The notes beneath the pieces are model-generated. The model made no database searches. It worked only from the letters and a program-made list of their open reading frames with translations, and was not told where the DNA came from. Below, one piece after another: positions 19,163 to 27,267 of a DNA stretch of 64,000 bases. Every line of letters starts with the position of its first letter. The stretch's first letter is position 1. A program made the position numbers and the translations under genes. Source of the DNA: Caulobacteraceae bacterium. Lineage in GTDB: Bacteria; Pseudomonadota; Alphaproteobacteria; Caulobacterales; Caulobacteraceae. The stretch lies in NCBI GenBank assembly GCA_965284385.1, contig OZ260077.1, positions 288,329-352,328 of the forward strand. The letters are read 5' to 3'.

Positions 19163-19423
19163 ATGATGGACACTAAAATTGTGAGCTGGGCCCTCGGCAT
19201 ATGGGCGTTGGTGACGTTCCTCCTGTGCGTGGTCTACGGTTTGATCGCGCCCGAGAATTTGCATGCGCAGGCTCTGCTGGAGCAGCTGTTGCCCGCCTTC
19301 CAGTGGCTGACATGGCCCGGATTTCTGTTGGGCCTTGCCGAGAGCTTTCTCTACGGGGCCTACGCCGGATTGGTTTTTTGCCCCGTCTACAACTGGCTGA
19401 ACCGGCGCTGGGGTCGGGGTTAG
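19163..19423 (+). CDS. DUF5676-like membrane protein
   Basis: LLCVVYGLIAP...LEQLLPAFQWLTWPGFLLGLAESFLYG...YN. Confidence 0.65.
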   Translation: MMDTKIVSWALGIWALVTFLLCVVYGLIAPENLHAQALLEQLLPAFQWLTWPGFLLGLAESFLYGAYAGLVFCPVYNWLNRRWGRG

Positions 19424-19600
19424 ATCGGAAGGCCATCGGGCTTTCGGGACTCCCGGGATCGGGCGACGCTTAGCGCGCGCGTCACGGTCCCGTTGCTGAC
19501 GCGATAAGAGAATCACGAGTGGGAAACCACTGACCGGCGTCGTCACGGCGTCCGCAGATGGGCATTGAAACGCAAGTCATCCCAACAGGAGTCTTCGGCC

Positions 19601-21235
19601 ATGGCAGAAAACGTCCGCGCCATCGACACTTCCCTGGGCGAGGATCGTGACACGGATCGACGCCCTCCCAAGGCGTATCTGGTCGGGGGGGGCATCGCTT
19701 CGTTGGCAGCGGCCGCATTCATGATCCGCGACGGCGACATTCCTGGCCAGCAGATCACGATCCTGGAGGAACTGAACACCATCGGCGGCAGCCTCGACGG
19801 TTCCGGATCGCCTGAGGAAGGCTATGTGTTGCGCGGCGGCCGGATGCTGGAGAGCAAATACCTTTGCACATTCGAGCTGTTCTCTTCCATTCCCGCGCTC
19901 ACCGACGACAAGACAGTCACCCAGGAGATCTTCGAATGGAATGAGACGATAAAGACATCGTCGAAATCACGCTTGTTCCGAAACGGCAAGAGGCAGACCG
20001 CACCGGAGTTCGGCCTCCGCGAGACGCATATCTTGACGATTGAGCGGCTCGCGATCGAACCGGAAGCCATGCTGGGCAGAAGCACGATCGCGGATCAGTT
20101 CGATCCGACGTTCTTCAAAACGGATTTCTGGTTCATGTGGTGCACGACCTTCGCTTTCCAGCCGTGGCACAGCGCCGTTGAGTTCAAGCGGTATCTGGTG
20201 CGGTTCGCCCATATGGTGGGGGGTTTCGAGCGTCTCGAAGGCATTCTGCGAACCGTCTACAACCAGTACGATTCGCTCGTGCGGCCGCTGCGAAAATGGC
20301 TCGACGACCGCGGGGTGGTGTTCGAGATGAACTGCCGCGTCACCGATCTCGTCTTTGGCGGACCGACCGGCCGGGAGTCCGTCGCACGCATTGCGTGCGC
20401 TCGAAACGGCGTGCCGGAGGAGATTGTGATTGACACGGACGACCTCGTGCTGGTGACCCTCGGTTCAATGACCGAGGCGTCAAGCCTGGGCTCAATGGAC
20501 CAGGCGGCGTCGCTCAACGGCAAACGCGACGGCGGCGCCTGGACGCTCTGGGAGACGATCTCGGCGGGTCGGCCTGCATTTGGACGACCTTCCGCCTTCG
20601 CCGATCATATCGGCGAGTCCAAATGGCTGTCGTTCACCACGACCCAGAGCGATCCAACGTTCCTGCACATCGTCCGCGACCTCACAGGCAATGTGCCGGG
20701 CGAAGGGGGCCTGATCACATTCCCCGAGTCGAGCTGGCTAGCGTCCATCGTCATCCCCCACCAGCCACACTTCATCGGTCAGCCTGAAGACGTCAGCGTC
20801 TTCTGGGGCTATGGCCTCGCGGTTGATCAGCCGGGCGATTTCGTCAGAAAGCCGATGTCGGCCTGCAACGGCCGCGAGATCATGACAGAGGTGCTCGGTC
20901 ATCTGGGAATCGGCTCGGGGGCTCCAGGGATTCTGGAAACCTCCATCTGTATCCCCTGCATGATGCCGTTCATCACCAGTCAGTTCCTCCCCCGCGGGAA
21001 GGGGGACCGCCCGCAGGTGATCCCGACCGGATTCACAAATCTGGCGTTCATCGGCCAGTTCTGCGAATTGCCGGATGATGTCGTGTTCACGGTCGAATAC
21101 TCGATCCGTTCGGCACAGGTCGCGGTCTATGAACTCCTGGATCTGAAGCTGACGCCACCGGCGGTTTACAAGGGCCAATCCGACCCACGCGTGCTCTACC
21201 GGGCCTTCAAGGCGCTGCACGACATTCGATCCTGA
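19601..21235 (+). CDS. ohyA: Oleate hydratase (MCRA family)
   Basis: AYLVGGGIASL, GGSLDG, RGGRML, YNQYDSLV, GQFCE, VFTVEYSIRSA. Confidence 0.92.
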   Translation: MAENVRAIDTSLGEDRDTDRRPPKAYLVGGGIASLAAAAFMIRDGDIPGQQITILEELNTIGGSLDGSGSPEEGYVLRGGRMLESKYLCTFELFSSIPALTDDKTVTQEIFEWNETIKTSSKSRLFRNGKRQTAPEFGLRETHILTIERLAIEPEAMLGRSTIADQFDPTFFKTDFWFMWCTTFAFQPWHSAVEFKRYLVRFAHMVGGFERLEGILRTVYNQYDSLVRPLRKWLDDRGVVFEMNCRVTDLVFGGPTGRESVARIACARNGVPEEIVIDTDDLVLVTLGSMTEASSLGSMDQAASLNGKRDGGAWTLWETISAGRPAFGRPSAFADHIGESKWLSFTTTQSDPTFLHIVRDLTGNVPGEGGLITFPESSWLASIVIPHQPHFIGQPEDVSVFWGYGLAVDQPGDFVRKPMSACNGREIMTEVLGHLGIGSGAPGILETSICIPCMMPFITSQFLPRGKGDRPQVIPTGFTNLAFIGQFCELPDDVVFTVEYSIRSAQVAVYELLDLKLTPPAVYKGQSDPRVLYRAFKALHDIRS

Positions 21236-21561
21236 GGGCTGTGACCGCCATCGAGCGCCATCGACGGCGCGGACGGCCGGCGTGCGCGCCTCGGCCTTCA
21301 ACCGTTTGACGGGGCTGGCGACACAATCGCGAGACCACCGAGCCGCCCTCCAGGCCGATCAACAGCCTGTGGGAACCTTGCCCCGGTGAATCGGCGGGAG
21401 GCGGCCGCCGCTGCATTTTTGGGCCGTGTCCCGACCGTTCAGCCTCACCCTCGTCGATCCCGGGGGCGGCCCCGTAAACTCCAGGCTCGCCGCGCGTCAT
21501 GGTCTTCGCCAGCACGGGCCGACGATTGTCGCGGACCCGACCAGCCTCAAAGAGGATCGCC

Positions 21562-21855
21562 ATGACTGAAGCCAAAGTCCTGCCGGGACGCACCCGCCTG
21601 CGTGTCCTTCGCGTCGCGAGCACGGGCGCATTCGCGACGCTATGGCTCTTTGTTCTGGGGTGGATATGGGCCGCCCTGGGCCTGCCCGGAGCCGACGCCT
21701 TCATCGGCCTGTTCACAACGCAACTCACAGACCAATCCGTGGGTTCTGTCGCGGCGCTGGGGATCGGCAGCCTGTGCGCCTTCCTCGTGGGCGGAATTTT
21801 CGGCGTGCTGATAGCCCACTGCTACAATCTGGCGGGACGGGTGCTCGGCGAATAA
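21562..21855 (+). CDS. Small hypothetical membrane protein
   Basis: Two hydrophobic segments; GAGG RBS. Confidence 0.55.
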   Translation: MTEAKVLPGRTRLRVLRVASTGAFATLWLFVLGWIWAALGLPGADAFIGLFTTQLTDQSVGSVAALGIGSLCAFLVGGIFGVLIAHCYNLAGRVLGE

Positions 21856-22106
21856 CACCCGTTGATCCGCCTCAGTGAAACAAATGTGCTGCAGCACGCC
21901 GCCGAACCCGATGATCAACGGGTGGTGGACTGGGCGGTGATCCATTCGGCCAGCAGAAGCCGCAATCCGGCTCATCCTGCGCCGGAGAGGCGGGTTCGAA
22001 GCGGTCGTCCGGCCGTGTGGGGACGGAAGTCCTGTAATGTCGGCGCGCGGGCGCGCGTCATTGATCGATGAGCGTTCAGTTCCGATCACCGCGAAAAGGC
22101 CGGAAG

Positions 22107-22631
22107 ATGTCTGTCGTCCACTCCTTGCGCCACAGGGCGCGCCCGTTCCTGCTGGGCGTCTTTGGGGCGCTGTCGCTGGCGTCCTGCCAGGCCGAGCCCT
22201 CCCATGACCCCTCGCAGACCGTGGACGGCCAGTCGCAGACCTTTGACGGTCAATCCCAGACCGTTGACGGGCTGCGACTTGAGTATGGCGTGGTCGATAG
22301 CGCGACCGTGGCCGCCCACCCCCGGTCCCACCCCGAGTCCGGGATGCACGACGGGCCGCCTTCGGGGACCGATCACGTCACGCTCGCTGTGTTCGACGCC
22401 GCAACAAACCGGCGCATCGATGACGCCGAGGTGTCCCTGAGCATCAGCGGGCCACATAACCCCGGCCCCGGAGCCGGGCCGCTGGAACTCATGCCCCTGG
22501 ACGGTTTCGCCACCTACGGCGGCTATGTCTCGCTTCGGCGACCCGGGCGCTACCTGCTGACCTTTCACGTGGCGCGCCCTGGTCGGCGTGATGATCCGGT
22601 CAGGGCCGTCTTCGCCTATGAACGGTCGTGA
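22107..22631 (+). CDS. Putative lipoprotein, P19/Tp34-like metal-binding fold suspected
   Basis: Lipobox ALSLASC; AHPRSHPESGMH...HVTLAVFD...M...YGGYV pattern. Confidence 0.6.
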   Translation: MSVVHSLRHRARPFLLGVFGALSLASCQAEPSHDPSQTVDGQSQTFDGQSQTVDGLRLEYGVVDSATVAAHPRSHPESGMHDGPPSGTDHVTLAVFDAATNRRIDDAEVSLSISGPHNPGPGAGPLELMPLDGFATYGGYVSLRRPGRYLLTFHVARPGRRDDPVRAVFAYERS

Positions 22632-23974
22632 CAGGCCGCGCCGGGTGACGGTTCGGCGGCGCCGGGGCACTCATCAATGTCGGCCACGGTTGCCGGCAGA
22701 ACGAGGACCGGCGCGAAACCACCGCCCGGCGTGCGCATGTTGGTGGTCTGCCCCTGGTAGAGCCGGGCGGCCGCGAGCAGCATCCTTCCCCCGTAGGTGT
22801 AGAGGCGCACATCGACCTTCAGACTGACCGGCTCGGCGGCGGGCGGGATGCGTCGTTCTCCCGGAGCGGCATAGGTCTGGGCGACGTAGGTGGCGTTCTT
22901 GATCTCTTCCCAGACCCGCCGGGTGAGTTTGTCGCCGCGGTAGGCCGCCTTGCTGGCGTGGCCCCGGGCCGGCTTGAAGAACCAGTTGCGCCGGTCCGCC
23001 CAAAGCTCGGCGGCGTTTTCCGGCCGTACGAGGATGGTGCGGGGAACGGCCGCCGCAAGAACCGCGGCCGGCTCCGCCGCCAGTCCCCAGCTGCGCAGGC
23101 TGTCGGGGTCGGACAGCAGGGTGAGGTTCTGCTTGTCCGCGAGGCGGCTATAGATGTGCGGGTTGGGCGTGACCACCACCAGGCCTCGCTCATAGGCCTG
23201 CCTCAGGACCGCATGGGTCGGCTGCTCCAGCAGAAAATCGACGAGGCGATTGTAGACGATGTCCACCCGGACGCCGCCGAGCATCAGCGCATCACCTACG
23301 ATCGTCAGATCGCGAGGGTCCGCGACAAGGGCTTCAAGGCCGGCCGCCCGAAGCTGGGCCTGGGCGAGCCTGAACTCCGGGTAAAGCGGCTGCGCCTGCG
23401 GATCATCATCGAGGATGGCCACCGTTGCGGGCGTCCCTTTCCCGTTTTGCAGTCGCCACTCTTTACGGAACATCTCGCCGACCTGCTGCTGGAACGCAGC
23501 GGGTCCGGGCGTTTCGACACCGGCGACGACGCCGGCGCAACAGATCTGCTGCGAGCGGGCGAGAACCGCGTTCAGGAAGGCGCCTCCGGCGTTGGTGTTG
23601 ATCTCGATGAGCTTGGGGCCGGAAGGCGTGACGTGGAAGTCATACCCCATGAAGACACCATGAGGACCGGGATCCCGACGTGCGAGCGGGGGCGTCCATG
23701 CAGCCGCCGCTTCGCGATAGCCGGGTAGCATTACCGCCGTTTCCGCGGCCGCGACCACGGCCATCATCCGGTCGAGCGTCTCCGCGGGCAGGAAGACGGG
23801 GGACCGCGCGAACAGCCAGGGGTGGGTTTCCGCCAGGTCCGCGGCAAATCCGGGGATCCCCGTCTCACGATCAAGCGCGGCCGCGAGGGCCGTCTGATCC
23901 ACCCCCACGCAGAAGCAGCCGCCGTTTAGCTGGTCTGCGCGTACGGAGCCGGCCGAGGGCGACAGGTCGGACAT
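22616..23974 (-). CDS. ATP-grasp (glutathione synthetase/circularly permuted-type) ligase
   Basis: GYDFH...PKLIEINTNAGG; VYNRLVDF; FFKPARGHASKAAYRG; YVAQ; DVRLY...GGF. Confidence 0.75.
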   Translation of the reverse strand: MSDLSPSAGSVRADQLNGGCFCVGVDQTALAAALDRETGIPGFAADLAETHPWLFARSPVFLPAETLDRMMAVVAAAETAVMLPGYREAAAAWTPPLARRDPGPHGVFMGYDFHVTPSGPKLIEINTNAGGAFLNAVLARSQQICCAGVVAGVETPGPAAFQQQVGEMFRKEWRLQNGKGTPATVAILDDDPQAQPLYPEFRLAQAQLRAAGLEALVADPRDLTIVGDALMLGGVRVDIVYNRLVDFLLEQPTHAVLRQAYERGLVVVTPNPHIYSRLADKQNLTLLSDPDSLRSWGLAAEPAAVLAAAVPRTILVRPENAAELWADRRNWFFKPARGHASKAAYRGDKLTRRVWEEIKNATYVAQTYAAPGERRIPPAAEPVSLKVDVRLYTYGGRMLLAAARLYQGQTTNMRTPGGGFAPVLVLPATVADIDECPGAAEPSPGAACHDRS

Positions 23975-24023
23975 CAATGAACGGGCCTCCTTGTGGTGGC
24001 GAACCGGCGTGAACCGCGCCGGG

Positions 24024-25193
24024 TCACCGGTCAAGGCCGAGCAGCCGCGACGTGTGGCGGGCGATCACGCGTTCTTCATCTGTGCGGATCATCCGGACGG
24101 TGACGGGAGCGCCGACCGGGCTCAGGCGTCCAGAACCGCGACGATTGGCGGCCGGGTCGAGTTCGACCCCCAACCAGGCGAGCCGTGCGCAGGTCTCCGC
24201 GCGGATCCGCGGCGAATTCTCGCCGATGCCCGCGGTGAAGACCAGACCGTCGAGACCCTCCAGGCTCCCCGCCAGGGCCGCGACCTCGCGCGCCGCCCGA
24301 TAGACGAACAGATCGACCGCCTCCCGCGCGGCCGGGCTGTCGCTTTCCAGCAAAACCCGCATGTCGCCACTGAGACCCGAGACGCCCAGCAGGCCGGAGC
24401 GCCGATAGAGCAGATCGACCAATCCGGCGGCGTCGAGGCCCCCGGCTTGCTGCAGATAGAGCACCACCCCAGGGTCCAGGCTCCCACAGCGCGTGCCCAT
24501 GACCAGGCCGTCGAGCGGCGTGGCGCCCATGGTGGTGTCGATGCTCCGGCCGTTCCTCAGCGCGCAAAGGCTCGCGCCCGAACCCAGATGGGCCGCAACC
24601 ACGCGTCCCTCAGCCATCGACGGATCGAGCATCGCAAGCTGTCCGGCCACAGACTCGTAGGACAGGCCGTGGAAGCCGTAGCGGCGAAGCCCTCTGGCTT
24701 CCCAGAGCCGGGGCAGACCCAGCCGATCCGCCACGGGGTCGTGACCGCCATGGAAGGCGGTATCGAACGTCAGGACCTGAGGCAGATCGGGACACGCCTT
24801 GCGGAGCGCCCGGACCCCCGCAAGTCCTTGCTGCTGGTGCAGGGGCGCAAGCGGGGCAAGGGCCTCAAGGCTCTCGAGAACGGGGTCGGAGGCGGCGACC
24901 GCCTGGCTGAAGTCGGGGCCGCCGTGGACCACGCGATGTCCGACCGCAGCCACGGGCCCGGCCAGTCGCGCCTCCACCCAACGCAAGAGATCTGACGTCG
25001 CGTCGTCGCCCCCGGCGACCCAGGGCGTTTCGGACAGGACGCCGCCGGCGGCGTCCTGGCTCACGAGCCGTCGACCCGCGCCGTTAGATTCGATCCGGCC
25101 CCTCAACACCGGTGCAAGGTGTCCCCGGGCGGCTTCGAACACGCCGAACTTGACCGTGGAGGAGCCGATGTTGAGGGCGAGGACAGGCGGCAT
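24024..25193 (-). CDS. ackA: Acetate/propionate kinase
   Basis: LALNIGSSTVKF, GHRVVHGG, FDTAFH, RRYGFHGLSY, AHLGSGAS, GTRCG, VFTAGIGENS, RTDEE. Confidence 0.95.
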   Translation of the reverse strand: MPPVLALNIGSSTVKFGVFEAARGHLAPVLRGRIESNGAGRRLVSQDAAGGVLSETPWVAGGDDATSDLLRWVEARLAGPVAAVGHRVVHGGPDFSQAVAASDPVLESLEALAPLAPLHQQQGLAGVRALRKACPDLPQVLTFDTAFHGGHDPVADRLGLPRLWEARGLRRYGFHGLSYESVAGQLAMLDPSMAEGRVVAAHLGSGASLCALRNGRSIDTTMGATPLDGLVMGTRCGSLDPGVVLYLQQAGGLDAAGLVDLLYRRSGLLGVSGLSGDMRVLLESDSPAAREAVDLFVYRAAREVAALAGSLEGLDGLVFTAGIGENSPRIRAETCARLAWLGVELDPAANRRGSGRLSPVGAPVTVRMIRTDEERVIARHTSRLLGLDR

Positions 25194-25390
25194 CCTGGCG
25201 TTGACCTCGGGCTGGCGCACGCCGGGCGTGCTGTTCACGTCCTGACGCAGCCAATCCTCGCCCGTTACAGACCCGACCGCGCCGGCCGCCTCGCCGCCCT
25301 CACCCTCGATCCGGGCGCGGCGTAATACTTTGCCGCCGGCGGCGTCTGACAGGCAGCGATGTTCAGTCTCTCCCGAAAGGATTCAGCCCC

Positions 25391-25630
25391 ATGGCTTCGA
25401 ACCGACCAGGACGCATCCTGAATCTCCTCACCTTCGCAGCCTTCGGCGCAGGGTTGGCCTATCTGCTCATCGGGGAGCATCGTGTTCATCTCCTCGGCTG
25501 GCTGCCGTTCCTCCTGATCCTGCTCTGCCCGCTGCTGCACATGACCATGCACGGCGGTCATGGGCGTGGGCATCGTCAGGGACCGCCGGGCCCTTCGGCC
25601 GCCGATTCCTCCCATCCGCACCAATCCTGA
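25391..25630 (+). CDS. DUF2933 domain protein
   Basis: EHRVHLLGWLPFLLILLCPLLHMTMHGGHG. Confidence 0.8.
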   Translation: MASNRPGRILNLLTFAAFGAGLAYLLIGEHRVHLLGWLPFLLILLCPLLHMTMHGGHGRGHRQGPPGPSAADSSHPHQS

Positions 25631-25641
25631 GCGAGGTTCCC

Positions 25642-26301
25642 ATGCCCGAACCGCAAGCCTACGGCCTCTGGTCCCTGGTCATCCTGAACTCGGTCCTCTT
25701 CATCTTTTTCGCCTTCACCTTCTTCAAGCCGAGGACGGGCCGGGACTGGCGCTCGTTCGGCGCCTTCAGCGCCTTCCTGGTGGCGCTCTTCACCGAGATG
25801 TACGGCTTTCCGCTCACCCTCTATTTCCTGTCCGGCTGGCTGCAAACGCGCTTCCCCGGCGTCGATTGGTGGTCGCACGACGCCGGCCACCTCCTGGAGA
25901 CGATGTTCGGCTGGAGGGCGAACCCCCATTTCGGACCCTTCCACATCCTCAGCTTCGCCTTCATCGGCGGCGGCTTCTGGCTCATCTCCGCGGCCTGGCC
26001 GGTGCTCTATCGCGCTCAGCAGGAAGGCGCATTGGCCGCCAGCGGACCCTATCGGTCCATCCGCCATCCGCAATACGTCGGCTTCGTCCTGGTGATGTTC
26101 GGCTTCCTGTTGCAGTGGCCGACGGTTCTCACCCTGGCCATGTTCCCGGTCCTGGTCTTCATGTACTGGCGGCTGGCAAGGAGCGAGGAACGCGAGACCG
26201 AAGCCCGCTTCGGCCCGGAGTACGCAACCTACAGGCGGGCCACGCCGGCCTTCATTCCGCGGCTGCGCTCCCGGGCGGCCCCGGCGCCTTCCCGCCTCTG
26301 A
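25642..26301 (+). CDS. Isoprenylcysteine carboxylmethyltransferase (ICMT/PEMT) family membrane protein
   Basis: YGLWSLV...EMYGFPLT...GPYRSIRHPQYVGF...EE...FG..Y..Y....PAFIP. Confidence 0.85.
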   Translation: MPEPQAYGLWSLVILNSVLFIFFAFTFFKPRTGRDWRSFGAFSAFLVALFTEMYGFPLTLYFLSGWLQTRFPGVDWWSHDAGHLLETMFGWRANPHFGPFHILSFAFIGGGFWLISAAWPVLYRAQQEGALAASGPYRSIRHPQYVGFVLVMFGFLLQWPTVLTLAMFPVLVFMYWRLARSEERETEARFGPEYATYRRATPAFIPRLRSRAAPAPSRL

Positions 26302-26508
26302 TATTCCGTTCGGGTCCCGATCTCAAAGCTCCCTACGCCCATTACAGGTCGGCGATTGGCGCCGCCTGCATCCGAAGGGCGCTCACCACACGACCGCAGG
26401 ATTCGTTTCAGCTTTCGCCGGACGGCCTTGCCTCGCTCACAGAGCCAATACGCGCCGCAAAGGACAATCCCTCGGAATATCGGCTGCAAATATTCTTGAT
26501 CTGACCGT

Positions 26509-26522
26509 TTGATCTATCGCAA
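26509..26522. promoter_or_regulatory. FixK/FNR-type box
   Basis: TTGATCTATCGCAA (TTGA-N6-GCAA), centred about 65 nt upstream of the ECF sigma ATG. Confidence 0.65.
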
Positions 26523-26580
26523 TCCCAGCCGACATTTCCGGACCGATCCTGCCTTCATGTTGAAGAGCGGGACTTGTCAG

Positions 26581-27267
26581 ATGAGCCTGAATTGCGCCTC
26601 CATATTGACCGCGGCCGGGACAGCGCGCGCTCCGCTCGGCCTTGTCCCGGCGTCGGCCCGTCCCGAGGACATTCACCAGCTCGTGGAACTCCGGCTTCGA
26701 AAGGGCCGGGCCGGCCATTTGCGTTTCCTCAGGCGACGCCTCCGGTCCCAGGAAGACGCCGAAGACGTTCTGCAGGAGTTCGCCCTGAAGGCCACCCAGG
26801 GTGCAAGACGCGTGACCAACCCCGGCAAGATTGACGCATGGCTCGGCATCGCGCTGCGCAACGCCCTGTTCGACCGCTACAGGCGCAATGCGAGCCGTAC
26901 ACGGCTGAATGAGGCCATGCTGTCGGAGTTTCCTGTACCCGCCGCAGATGATGCGCCCGAGGGTCTGGACCGGGCTTTGCAATGCTTGGCGGGAGCACTG
27001 GACGACCTGGGGCCGGAGACCGCCCAGCTCCTGCGGCGCGCCGAGCTCCAGGAGACGCCTCTGAAGGTGATCGCCCGTGAGATGCAGCTGACCACCAACA
27101 ACATCGGTGTTCGGGTCCACCGCGCCCGGGCGGCGCTGCGGGAACGCATGCAGGCGCGTTGCGGCGCCTGTCCGGAGCCCTGCGCCCTCGCGGCGCGGTG
27201 GAGGCAAGCCGTCGATACGGCGGGTCAGGCCTCGATATCGATCATATCGCCATGCGCCGCCGCATAG
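26581..27267 (+). CDS. ECF sigma-70 factor with Cys-containing C-terminal tail
   Basis: Region 2 (AEDVLQEFALKA...WLGIALRNALFDRYRR) and region 4 (LKVIAREMQLTTNNIGVRVHRARAAL), then CGACPEPC. Start uncertain. Confidence 0.8.
   Translation: MSLNCASILTAAGTARAPLGLVPASARPEDIHQLVELRLRKGRAGHLRFLRRRLRSQEDAEDVLQEFALKATQGARRVTNPGKIDAWLGIALRNALFDRYRRNASRTRLNEAMLSEFPVPAADDAPEGLDRALQCLAGALDDLGPETAQLLRRAELQETPLKVIAREMQLTTNNIGVRVHRARAALRERMQARCGACPEPCALAARWRQAVDTAGQASISIISPCAAA

Noticed and set aside
19685-19692. G8 tract in the oleate hydratase FAD motif
   Set aside because: It encodes GGG in frame and the gene is intact; there is no evidence of phase variation from one sequence.
21868-21922. 10-bp inverted repeat built from FNR half-sites (CCCGTTGATC/GATCAACGGG)
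   Set aside because: The 35-nt spacer is incompatible with an FNR box and there is no U-tract; function unsupported.
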